From: an uncultured bacterium
GTDB lineage: Bacteria > Krumholzibacteriota > Krumholzibacteriia > Krumholzibacteriales > Krumholzibacteriaceae
NCBI GenBank assembly: GCA_963786935.1
Contig: CAWBAN010000001.1
Location: forward strand, 928,001 to 992,000
Direction: 5' to 3'
DNA length: 64,000 nucleotides
Shown: positions 19,155-28,250 of the stretch, one piece after another
Layout: each line of letters opens with the position of its first letter
Position numbering within the stretch: position 1 is the first letter of the stretch
The notes under the pieces: generated by a model
The model's input: only the letters and a program-made list of their open reading frames with translations
Database searches by the model: none
Told to the model about the DNA's origin: nothing
Program-made: the position numbers and the translations under genes

Positions 19155-20876
19155 TCATCGAACATCCGGCTCCGCGGGATGAACTCCCCCGGCGCCTCCG
19201 TCCCCTCTCGGATCGCTCATGCCGCATGCGGCCGAACCCCTGACCTCGATAGCCTGCGCATCGCCGATCGGCCCCCGCTCCTCGATCCGGTGTCCCTTCT
19301 CCGCGAGGTTCCGCTGCAGATATCTGCCGAACGCGCCGTACTCGACGCTGATGCAGTCGGGCAGCCACTGGTGATGGAAGCGGGGCGTCGACACCGCCTC
19401 CTCGAGCGTCATGCCGAAATCGAGCATATCGACGAGAATCTGCGCTATCGTCGTGATGATCGTAGCGCCTCCCGGCGTTCCGAGCACGAGATAAGCTTTT
19501 CCGTCCTTCAGCGCGATCGTCGGCGCCATCGAGCTCAGCATCCGCTTCCCCGGCGCGATCGCATTCGCCTCCCCCCCCACGAGCCCGTACAGGTTCGGAT
19601 GCCCCGGCTTGATGGAGAAATCATCCATCTCGTTGTTGAGAAGAAATCCCGCGCCGCCGACGACGAGCTTCGAACCGTAGCTGTCGTTGAGCGTATAGGT
19701 GACCGAAACGGCGCGGCCGTCCCCGTCGACGATGCTGTAATGCGTCGTCTCCCGCTTCTCCCGGTCCGCATCCGGGCCGCCTGAGATCTCCGCCGATGGG
19801 GTCGCCCGGGGGGTGATCGTCTCCCGCAGATCGGAAGCGTACCGTTTCGATATGAGGAGCGATACGCGATTGTCCGTGTGATCCGGATCGCCGAGATACC
19901 GCGCTCGGTCCGCGTATGCCCGCTTCTCGGCTTCGACCATATAGTGGATCATCTGGTCGGACATGAATCCCTTGCCCTGCAGATCGTAGCCCTCGAGAAT
20001 ATTGAGGATTTCGATGAGCACCGTTCCGCCCGAGCTCGGCGGGGGCGCGGACAGGATCTCGAAACCGCGATAGCTTCCGCGCAGCGGCTCTCTGACGATC
20101 GCCTCGTATCCGGCGAGATCGCCCATCGAGATGATTCCGCCGCTCGCGCGCATCTCCTCGACGATGCGCTCCGCGATCGCCCCTCGGTAGAACGCCTCGG
20201 GGCCCTCGGCCGCGATTCGTTCGAGCGTGCCGGCCAGCGTCTCCTGCCTGAGCGTGTCCCCCGGCGCGAGGGGGGATCCGTCAGGTCTCATGAACTGCAG
20301 AAGCCCGGGGAACCGGTCTTTGTAATTCTGGAGCTCGCGGAGGGAGGACGCGAGCCGCTCGCTCGCCGGGAAACCGTCACGGGCGAGCGAGATCGCCGGC
20401 TCGATGAGATCCCGCCACGGAAAAGCGCCGTAGAGCGAATGCGCCCGGTGCAGGCCCGCGACGGTGCCGGGAACGCCGGCCGCCATTGCCCCGAGCGTGC
20501 TCAGCCCCTCGATCACGTTGCCGAGCGAATCGAGGTACATGTCGCGCGCCGCGCCCCCCGGCGCCGTTTCCCGAAAATCGATGAAGAAAGCCTCGCCCGA
20601 GGGGAGCCGCAGGAGCATGAACCCACCGCCGCCGAGGTTTCCCGCCTGCGGATGCGTTACCGCGAGGGCGAAGCCGACCGCCACGGCGGCATCGACCGCG
20701 TTGCCCCCGCGTCGGAGTATGTCGACGCCGACGGCCGTCGCCGCGGGGCTCGCCGTGACGACCGTTCCCCCGTTCGCGCACAATTCCCCGCCCGCGGAAG
20801 AAACCGCGGGTGCGGCCGCCGTCAAACACACGCCGAGGATGAAGGCGCGCGCAAGCGCTTTCGATCGATACAACAT
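19155..20876 (-). CDS. ggt: Gamma-glutamyltransferase
   Basis: GGNAVDAAVA, GGGGF, IDFRETAP, ETTHYSIVD (Thr nucleophile), LNNEMDDFS and LSSMAPT motifs. Confidence 0.96.
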   Translation of the reverse strand: MLYRSKALARAFILGVCLTAAAPAVSSAGGELCANGGTVVTASPAATAVGVDILRRGGNAVDAAVAVGFALAVTHPQAGNLGGGGFMLLRLPSGEAFFIDFRETAPGGAARDMYLDSLGNVIEGLSTLGAMAAGVPGTVAGLHRAHSLYGAFPWRDLIEPAISLARDGFPASERLASSLRELQNYKDRFPGLLQFMRPDGSPLAPGDTLRQETLAGTLERIAAEGPEAFYRGAIAERIVEEMRASGGIISMGDLAGYEAIVREPLRGSYRGFEILSAPPPSSGGTVLIEILNILEGYDLQGKGFMSDQMIHYMVEAEKRAYADRARYLGDPDHTDNRVSLLISKRYASDLRETITPRATPSAEISGGPDADREKRETTHYSIVDGDGRAVSVTYTLNDSYGSKLVVGGAGFLLNNEMDDFSIKPGHPNLYGLVGGEANAIAPGKRMLSSMAPTIALKDGKAYLVLGTPGGATIITTIAQILVDMLDFGMTLEEAVSTPRFHHQWLPDCISVEYGAFGRYLQRNLAEKGHRIEERGPIGDAQAIEVRGSAACGMSDPRGDGGAGGVHPAEPDVR

Positions 20877-21144
20877 GATCCCCTCTCCCCGCGCCCGCGC
20901 GCGGCCCGTGCACCCGCTCCCTTTAATTTACATTGTATCAGCCGCCTAACTCTTTGTAAACTCTGAAATATCGGCCATTCGCCCTCCCGCCGCAGGGCGG
21001 CCGGCCCCGTGTCTCTTCCCCCTTGACCGCCGGAAATAACCGGTATAGAATCAGCCATGGGTATGACCCCATCGATATGGAAACGACCGTCGGCCCGGTC
21101 CGCGGTCCGGAGATCGCGATTCTTACTCTTCATAAGGCGGTAGG

Positions 21145-22737
21145 ATGATGATGCTTCGCGTTTGTGCCGCTGCCCTCCTGATGCTCGTTTCGACGGCCGC
21201 ATCGGCTACTCCCGGAGACGTCTCGAAGAAGATCCCGCTTCGCATGAGCCACGCGACGGGCGTGACCTGGGACGGACGAAGCGCCTGGGTCGCCGACCGG
21301 AAAACGGACATGTTCTACCGGATCGACCTCGCGAGCGGCGCGGTCAAGGATTCCCTCGAATCCCCGGGGTATTTCCCCTCGGGGCTCGCGTGGGACGGCA
21401 CGCTGCTGTGGAGCAGCGACCCGACGGATGCGAAGATCTACGCGACCGACGTGGCGTCGGGAAAGACGGTCCTCGCCGTCGACGCGCCGGCCTCGGGCCC
21501 CATGGGCATCGCCTGGGACGGCGCGAACCTCTGGGTGTGCGACAACGCGGAGAAGAAGATCTCCCGGATCGATCCGAGCGACGGCACGACCATCACGGCG
21601 TTCAAATCCCCCGCGACCGATCCCCGCGGCATCGTTTTCGGCGGCGGCTACCTCTGGTGCTCCGACCGGCTGAAGGACCAGATCTACGGAATCGATCCTT
21701 CGAACGGCATGGTCGTCATCACGCTCGACGCGCCGGGGAGATTCTGCTGGGGGCTCGCGTGGAAAGACGGGCGGCTCCTCGCCGTCGACTATCAGGATGA
21801 CGCGCTCTACGAGATCGTCGTCAAGGACGGCAAGCAGTACAAGACGTTCGATCCGAGACGCGCGGTCGTCGCCTTCGCCAACGAAGCCGCGACGTCCGGC
21901 GAAGGGGAGATCGTTTCCCTCGACATCAACTGCGCCGTTCCGGCCGACCGGCCGAATCAGAAGATTCTCGGCCCGATCGAGTATTCCCCGCAGCCGGCGC
22001 GCTTCGCGAAAGACCGATGGGGCCAGGAAGTGGCGGTGTTCCACTTCGAAGCGCTCCAGCCGCCCCGATTCGTCGAGGCCTCGATGAGGATCTCGCTCGA
22101 GACGTCGGCGATCCGTTACTTCATCTATCCCGAGGACGTGGGATCGGCCATCCCGGCGGACATCAAGAAGCTGTACCTCGCCGACGAGATCAAATACGAC
22201 CTCGCGAATCCGTATATCCAGAGCGTCGTCCGGGATGTCGTCGGCTCCGAGACGAACCTGTACTGGAAGGCGCGGAAGCTCTTCCAGCACCTCATCGCGA
22301 ACATGGAATACCTGATGGTCGGGGGCTGGAACACGGCGCCGACCGTGCTGCAGCGCGGCACCGGCTCGTGCTCGGAGTATTCCTTCAGCTACATCGCGCT
22401 CTGCAGGGCCGCGGGCGTTCCCGCGCGGTACGTCGGCGCCCTCGTCATCCGCGGCGACGACGCGAGCTACGACGACGTTTTTCACCGCTGGTGCGAGATA
22501 TACCTCCCCGGCTACGGCTGGGTCCCCGTCGACGCCAACGCGGGGGACCGCGAGATCCCCGCGGAGCAGGCCGCCGCGTTCGGCGGCGTCGCGAACCGGT
22601 TTCTCGTCACGACCGCGGGGGGCGGCGCGTCCGAATACCTCGATTGGAACTACAACGCGCAGCCGGAATGGATTTCGACCGGCAAGTGCCGGGTGAAGCT
22701 GGAAAGCATCGCCGAATGGGAGCCTATGGCGAAATAG
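21145..22737 (+). CDS. Secreted beta-propeller plus transglutaminase-like domain protein
   Basis: Signal peptide; repeated G(L/I)AWDG blades; Cys-His-Asp triad (GSCSEY, HRWCE, GWVPVD). Confidence 0.85.
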   Translation: MMMLRVCAAALLMLVSTAASATPGDVSKKIPLRMSHATGVTWDGRSAWVADRKTDMFYRIDLASGAVKDSLESPGYFPSGLAWDGTLLWSSDPTDAKIYATDVASGKTVLAVDAPASGPMGIAWDGANLWVCDNAEKKISRIDPSDGTTITAFKSPATDPRGIVFGGGYLWCSDRLKDQIYGIDPSNGMVVITLDAPGRFCWGLAWKDGRLLAVDYQDDALYEIVVKDGKQYKTFDPRRAVVAFANEAATSGEGEIVSLDINCAVPADRPNQKILGPIEYSPQPARFAKDRWGQEVAVFHFEALQPPRFVEASMRISLETSAIRYFIYPEDVGSAIPADIKKLYLADEIKYDLANPYIQSVVRDVVGSETNLYWKARKLFQHLIANMEYLMVGGWNTAPTVLQRGTGSCSEYSFSYIALCRAAGVPARYVGALVIRGDDASYDDVFHRWCEIYLPGYGWVPVDANAGDREIPAEQAAAFGGVANRFLVTTAGGGASEYLDWNYNAQPEWISTGKCRVKLESIAEWEPMAK

Positions 22738-22792
22738 CAATGGTTTGATGTGCGGACGGATTGAATTTTCGTAGCCGGGAGGTCAGCGCGAA

Positions 22793-24190
22793 ATGGGAAT
22801 CCGTGAACGTGCAGCGAACTACGCGAAAGAAAAGATAATCGCCGAGATCACGACCCTCAGGCCGAGAGCCTCGACGAAGAACATCCTGCGCATGCTCGCG
22901 CTCGGCGAGCGCCTCACGAACGATCCCGAGTACAAGAGCGGCGCGCGCAATCTCCGCAATCTTTTCATTCAAGGGCATCCTTCCTCTATCGTCGTCAAGG
23001 ACGTCATCGGCCGGCTTTCGCCCCGGTGCCGCGAGAAGCTCATCCGGAACCTTCTCATCAATGCGTTCCTCACGGGGATCGACCGGCGAAAGCAGATCCT
23101 TCGCGACGAAGGCTTTCAGCCGCCGCAGTTCGTCGTCATCAGCCCCACCATGCGGTGCAATCTCAAATGCCCCGGCTGCTACGCCGGCGAATACGAACAG
23201 GAAGAGGGGCTTCCCTTCTCCCTCATCGACCGGATCCTCACCGAATGCAAGGATCTCGGCATGTACTTCAACACGATGAGCGGCGGCGAAGTGCTCATGC
23301 GCAAGGACATCTTCGACATCTGGGAAAAGCACAACGACATGTATTTCCAGATCTACACGAACGGAACCATGATCAACGAGAAGGTCGCCGATCGGCTCGC
23401 CGCGCTCGGAAACGTCGCTCCCATGGTGAGCCTCGAGGGATTCGAGGAGGAGACGGACGCCCGGCGCGGCCCGGGCACGTTCGCCAGGGTCATGCGCGCG
23501 TTCGACCTCATGAAGGAGCGCGGCATGGTTTTCGGCGCCTCGGTCACCGAGACGCGCCACAACATCGAGACGCTCGCGAGCGACGGGTTCGTCGACCTGT
23601 GCATCGAGAAGGGCTGCATGGTGATCTGGTACTTCCAGTACATCCCCATCGGCCGGCGGCCGTCGCTCGATCTCATGCCCGCTCCCGAGCAGCGCGATTG
23701 GCTGCGAAAACGGGTTCACGAGCTTCGCGAAACGCGTCCGATCTTTCTCGGCGATTTCTGGAACGACGGCCCGTACGTTCACGGATGCATCGCCGGGGGC
23801 CGCGAGTACTTCCACATCAACGCGAACGGCGACATCGAGCCGTGTGTCTTCTGCCATTTCGCGGTCGACAATATTCGGGACAAATCGCTCAGGGAGGCGA
23901 TCAACTCGCCGTTCCTCAGGAGGATCCGGTCGCTCCAGCCGTACCGGGAGAACCTGCTGACGCCGTGCATGCTCATCGACGCGCCCGATGTGCTTCGGAA
24001 GGTCATCGGAGAGTTCGACGCGCGGCCGACGTGCGAGGGGGCCGCGGAGCTCATCGAGGAATTCGGGCCCGAGCTCGACCGGTATGCCCAGGCCTACCGC
24101 TCGTACGCGGACCCCGCGTGGCAAACGGAGTGGAAACGGAAGCAGCCGCCGAACGCGGCGGTCAACCTTTCACGCACACTATCGGTTTGA
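22793..24190 (+). CDS. Radical SAM protein with a SPASM/twitch-like C-terminus
   Basis: CNLKCPGC, SGGE, GCIAGG...NGDIEPCVF and PCMLID motifs. Confidence 0.9.
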   Translation: MGIRERAANYAKEKIIAEITTLRPRASTKNILRMLALGERLTNDPEYKSGARNLRNLFIQGHPSSIVVKDVIGRLSPRCREKLIRNLLINAFLTGIDRRKQILRDEGFQPPQFVVISPTMRCNLKCPGCYAGEYEQEEGLPFSLIDRILTECKDLGMYFNTMSGGEVLMRKDIFDIWEKHNDMYFQIYTNGTMINEKVADRLAALGNVAPMVSLEGFEEETDARRGPGTFARVMRAFDLMKERGMVFGASVTETRHNIETLASDGFVDLCIEKGCMVIWYFQYIPIGRRPSLDLMPAPEQRDWLRKRVHELRETRPIFLGDFWNDGPYVHGCIAGGREYFHINANGDIEPCVFCHFAVDNIRDKSLREAINSPFLRRIRSLQPYRENLLTPCMLIDAPDVLRKVIGEFDARPTCEGAAELIEEFGPELDRYAQAYRSYADPAWQTEWKRKQPPNAAVNLSRTLSV

Positions 24191-25616
24191 GCCGCGCGAC
24201 GCGCTTGTTCACCCCCGCGCCTTCCATGATCCCCACGACGTTGTCGACGTCCTTGTAAGCGCCCGGGGCCTCCTCGGCGACCCCCGGCTTGCTGTGAACG
24301 CGAACGACGATGCCCCGCGCGGCGAGGTCGGCGATGATCCGCTCCCCGCGGTATTGCTTGAGGGCCTGCTTTCGCGAGGTGCGCCTCCCCGCGCCGTGAA
24401 TGGCGCTGCCGAACGTCTCCCGCATCCCCCGTTCGGTGCCGATGAGGACGTACGAGCTCGTTCCCATCGTCCCGCCGACGAGAACGGGCTGCCCCACGGC
24501 GCGGTACCGCTCGGGGAGACCGGGGCTCTCCGGGCCGAAGGCGCGCGTGGCCCCCTTGCGGTGGACGAGCAGATCCGTCGGCTTCCCATCGAGAACGTGC
24601 CGCTCGAGCTTGAGGTTGTTGTGGCCGACCTCGTACATCGTCCGCATCCCGGCCCCGGCGGCGCCGAAGACCTCCCGGAACGCCTTCCGCACGAGATGGG
24701 CGATCGCCTGCCGGTTGGCGAAGGCGCAGTTGATTCCCGATTTCACCGCGGCGATGTAGCGTTTCCCCTCGGGGCTCGTGATCGGCGCGGCGACGAGCTC
24801 CGATTCCCGGACCGGGATCTTGTATTTTTCGCTCGCCCGCCGAAGCACCGACTGGTAATCGGTGCCGATCTGATGGCCGAGAGCCCTGCTTCCCGTATGG
24901 ATGCTCACGACAACTGTATCCGGGGCGAGACCGAAGGCGGCGGCGGCCCGCTCGTCGTACACGGCGTCGACGTACTGCACCTCGAGGTAGTGGTTCCCCG
25001 AGCCGAGCGTTCCCACCTGCTTGAACTGCCGCTCCTTGGCGGTGTCGCTCACGCACGACGGATCGGCGCCTTCGACCACGCCCCCCTCCTCCACGTACGC
25101 GAGATCCTCGGCCGACTCCCAGCCCCGCTCGATCACGAACCGGGCGCCGCGCAGGAGCACCTGATCGATCTCTTTCGCGGAGAGCTTCAGCGATCCGGTG
25201 GACCCGATTCCGGCGGGCACGATCCTGAAGAGCGCGTCGGCGAGATCCGTCTTCCGCTCTTCGACGTCCCGTTTCGGGACGCCCGCGATCATCGTCCGCA
25301 CGCCGCAATTGATGTCGAATCCGACCCCGGCTATCGTCACCACACCCTCGTCGATATCGAAGGCGCCGACGCCGCCGATGGGAAATCCGTACCCCGGATG
25401 GATGTCCGCCATCGCCAGCGACGCCATGCGGATGCCGGGGAGACAGGCGACGTTCCGCACCTGGAGCAGCGCGTCCCACTCCTTGCTCTTACTCTCGGAC
25501 AGGAGAAACCGGATCGAATCCTCGTCGGCGTAGATGCGGCCGGGCACGTTCATCTCGCCGGATTTCGGGATCTCCCAGAGGTAATCGTGGATCTTCTTCA
25601 ACTCGACTCGAGACAT
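24162..25616 (-). CDS. rtcB: RNA ligase RtcB (archease-associated type)
   Basis: DIHPGYGFPIG, GFDINCG, GTLGSGNHYLE, HTGSR, HN, HRKGATRA, HGAGR and EEAPGAYK motifs. Confidence 0.96.
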   Translation of the reverse strand: MSRVELKKIHDYLWEIPKSGEMNVPGRIYADEDSIRFLLSESKSKEWDALLQVRNVACLPGIRMASLAMADIHPGYGFPIGGVGAFDIDEGVVTIAGVGFDINCGVRTMIAGVPKRDVEERKTDLADALFRIVPAGIGSTGSLKLSAKEIDQVLLRGARFVIERGWESAEDLAYVEEGGVVEGADPSCVSDTAKERQFKQVGTLGSGNHYLEVQYVDAVYDERAAAAFGLAPDTVVVSIHTGSRALGHQIGTDYQSVLRRASEKYKIPVRESELVAAPITSPEGKRYIAAVKSGINCAFANRQAIAHLVRKAFREVFGAAGAGMRTMYEVGHNNLKLERHVLDGKPTDLLVHRKGATRAFGPESPGLPERYRAVGQPVLVGGTMGTSSYVLIGTERGMRETFGSAIHGAGRRTSRKQALKQYRGERIIADLAARGIVVRVHSKPGVAEEAPGAYKDVDNVVGIMEGAGVNKRVARLKPIVCVKG

Positions 25617-25628
25617 GTTCCGGCCCCC

Positions 25629-26066
25629 CTATAGATCGACCACGCAGCGGGCGACCCACGTTCCCGGCTCGCGCTCTTCGACCGACGCGCCGTAGAACGT
25701 CGCCGCCTTCACCTCGACGAGGAGCCGATCGCGGACCTCGCCGATCGGCAGCCCCCCGGCGACCGCCGCGAGCTTCCAAGTCCCGTCCACGCGCGCGAGA
25801 TTCTCGACGGCGACCGCGAGCACCGCTGTTTCGGCCAGATCCCCCTCGGCCAGAATGCCGTTGAGAAACTCGAGGAGGAGCTCGACGAGATCGGCCCCCT
25901 CGCGCTCGATCCTCAAGCGTTTCGACGGGACGAGCCCCTTCCCGTCGATCATGATCCCGATCATCGCCGCGGCGGCCTCCTCGAACGCCTCTGCGGGCGT
26001 TCTCCCCCATCCGCGGATGCCCATGTCCGCCGTGTGATCGATCGTTTCGTGTCCCCGATTATTCAT
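25629..26066 (-). CDS. Archease
   Basis: DHTAD, EVKAAT and terminal VDL motifs; directly upstream of rtcB. Confidence 0.93.
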   Translation of the reverse strand: MNNRGHETIDHTADMGIRGWGRTPAEAFEEAAAAMIGIMIDGKGLVPSKRLRIEREGADLVELLLEFLNGILAEGDLAETAVLAVAVENLARVDGTWKLAAVAGGLPIGEVRDRLLVEVKAATFYGASVEEREPGTWVARCVVDL

Positions 26067-26104
26067 GGCTCGGCTCCCGCGCGGCGCGCGCCGCCCCGGC
26101 GCCG

Positions 26105-27193
26105 TCACGGATTGAAATAGTAATGGACGACGTCGCCGTCCCGGATCACGTACTCGTGCCCCTCGGTCCGCAGAAAGCCGTGCGTGTGAACAGCCGCGCG
26201 CGAACCGAACTCGACGAGGCGCTCGAAGCTCATCACCTCGGCCTTCACGAATCCGCGCTCCATGTCGGTGTGTATCCTGCCGGCCGCCCGCGGGGCGCTC
26301 GTTCCGCGGGGCACCGACCATGCCTGGAGCTTGTCGTGCGCCGCGGTGTAATAACGGACGAGCCCGAGAAGATCGTGGCATTGCTCGATGAATCGCGTCT
26401 TCCCTCGCGCGTCGGCGCCGAGCTCCCGCACGAACTGCGTCCGCTCCTCCTCGGAGAGCGCGTCGAGCTCGTCCTCGAGCTTCGCCGAGATGATAAAGAC
26501 GTTCTTTTCGCCGAACCTCGCGGCCGCCCGCGCGCATTCGTCTCCCCGTCCCGCCGGATCCTCGTACCCCGTATTGAGGACGACGATCCGCGGCTTCGAC
26601 GTGAGGAGCTGGAGCTCGTCGTAGAGCGCCGACATCGGCGCCGGCACGCGCTCCGGTCCCACCCGTTCGCCACGCTCGAGGGCGGCATGAACGGATTCGA
26701 GAAACTCGAGCTCCTTCCGCTCTTCCTTCTTGAGCGCCTTCGCGCGCGTCCGCTCCTTCTCGAGCCATCGCTCGACGCGCTCGACGTCGGAGAGGAGAAG
26801 CTCGTTCTCCACGATCTCGAGATCGAGGAGCGGATCGGCCGTGCCGTACATATGGCTCACGTCTTCTTCCCGGAAACACCTGAGCACGTGGGCGAGCACG
26901 CTCGCCTCGCGCACGTGATGGAGGAACTTGTTCCCGAGGCCCTCCCCCCGGTGCGCCCCCTTGACGAGCCCCGCGATGTCGATGAACGTGACGGTGGCGG
27001 GGATAACCTCCTTCGGCTTGAGAATCTCGGCGAGCTTCTCGAGCCGCTCGTCGGGCACGGGAACTGTGCCCCGATTCGCGTCGATCGTGCAGAAGGGATA
27101 GTTTGAAGCGGCCGCTCCCGCGTGGCAGAGCGCGTTCATGAGCGTGGACTTGCCGACGTTCGGAAGGCCGATTATTCCGACAGAGATTCCCAT
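26105..27193 (-). CDS. ychF: Redox-regulated ATPase YchF
   Basis: GLPNVGKST, NYPFCTI, DIAGLVKGA..GEGLGNKFL and TGS-domain motifs. Confidence 0.95.
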   Translation of the reverse strand: MGISVGIIGLPNVGKSTLMNALCHAGAAASNYPFCTIDANRGTVPVPDERLEKLAEILKPKEVIPATVTFIDIAGLVKGAHRGEGLGNKFLHHVREASVLAHVLRCFREEDVSHMYGTADPLLDLEIVENELLLSDVERVERWLEKERTRAKALKKEERKELEFLESVHAALERGERVGPERVPAPMSALYDELQLLTSKPRIVVLNTGYEDPAGRGDECARAAARFGEKNVFIISAKLEDELDALSEEERTQFVRELGADARGKTRFIEQCHDLLGLVRYYTAAHDKLQAWSVPRGTSAPRAAGRIHTDMERGFVKAEVMSFERLVEFGSRAAVHTHGFLRTEGHEYVIRDGDVVHYYFNP

Positions 27194-27270
27194 ACGAGGC
27201 TCTCAGGCGTCATGAAGAACGAGCGATACCGGGCACCGACAAGAGTCTATGGCAAAGATCGCCGCAAGTC

Positions 27271-27311
27271 AAAAGACAAAAAGATCTCCGGCCCTCGGGG
27301 ACCGGAGATCT
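27271..27311 (-). terminator. Intrinsic terminator after the YHS protein gene
   Basis: AGATCTCCGG...CCGGAGATCT stem followed by TTTTGTCTTTT. Confidence 0.75.
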
Positions 27312-27366
27312 CGATGCGTTGCGTTCCTGCGGCGCCGCTCCGTCGAGGGGAGCGCGCGCCGGCGCA

Positions 27367-28134
27367 TCAGCTCTTCGTCTTGCCGCAGGTCTTCGCCTTC
27401 GGACAGGTGCCGTCTTCGGCCGCGGCGCAGCCTTCCTTCTTGCCGCCCGCTTCCGTTTTCTTCATCTCGCCGTGGCCGCACGCCGCCGCAGCGGCCGCCG
27501 GGCCCGAGTACTTCTTCGGATCCGCCTTGAATTTCTCGAGACAATCGTTGCAGCAGAAATAGGAGGTCTTACCGCCGTGCTCCAGCTTCGCGGGGGCGTC
27601 CTTGCGGAGGAACACCTTCCCGCTCACGGGGCATTCGGCGTAGATGTAGGCGTCCGGATTCTTCTCGAACGCCTTCTTGTTCTCCTCGCTCACGAACGAA
27701 TAGGGCCGCCCCTCGAACTTCGCCGTGTACTTCATTTCCTTCTGCGGCTTCACTTCGTTCGACACGACGTCATAGTTGATCTCGTAAGCCGCCGGATTGG
27801 CGAGATATTTATCCTTGCAGGCCTCCGCGCAGAAATGCATCTGGCGACCGCCGTGGACGATTTCGATCGAACCGGCCTTCTTCACCGTCATGCCGCAGAC
27901 CGGGTCCATGTCCATGCCGGCGGCGAAAGCGGCGGGATTCTGAAGGAAGTAGGCCTTGCAGCCCGCTTCGCAGAAGTAGTAGATCGTTCCCTCGTACTCG
28001 GCCTGGAGCGCCTCCGCCTTCGGAATCATGTAGCCGCACACGGCGCAGGGAACCATTTCCTTATCACCGGCGAAAGCCGCGCCGGCCGTAAGGAGCATCG
28101 ACGCGAGAGCCGCAAAGAGAATTAACCGCTTCAT
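27367..28134 (-). CDS. Secreted protein with four YHS/TRASH domains
   Basis: GGAGG RBS; signal peptide; CAVCG..YFCEAGC, DPVCGM..FCAEAC, DVVS..FVSEEN and CPVSG..YFCCNDC units. Confidence 0.88.
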   Translation of the reverse strand: MKRLILFAALASMLLTAGAAFAGDKEMVPCAVCGYMIPKAEALQAEYEGTIYYFCEAGCKAYFLQNPAAFAAGMDMDPVCGMTVKKAGSIEIVHGGRQMHFCAEACKDKYLANPAAYEINYDVVSNEVKPQKEMKYTAKFEGRPYSFVSEENKKAFEKNPDAYIYAECPVSGKVFLRKDAPAKLEHGGKTSYFCCNDCLEKFKADPKKYSGPAAAAAACGHGEMKKTEAGGKKEGCAAAEDGTCPKAKTCGKTKS

Positions 28135-28183
28135 TTTCAACCTCCTTGAAACCCAGACACAAATTATTCTTCTATGAATTAAA

Positions 28184-28225
28184 TATAAAACCGAAGCCCC
28201 CGCAAGGCGTTTCGCGGGGGCTTCG
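28184..28225 (-). terminator. Intrinsic terminator after hppA
   Basis: 12-bp stem CGAAGCCCCCGC/GCGGGGGCTTCG followed by GTTTTATAT. Confidence 0.75.
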
Positions 28226-28250
28226 ACTGCAACAATGGAACCGGCTCTTC

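Noticed and set aside
22793..24190. RiPP cluster around the radical SAM/SPASM gene
   Set aside because: No precursor peptide, RRE/PqqD or transporter is adjacent. The 29-nt 3' overlap with rtcB is an ordinary convergent overlap.
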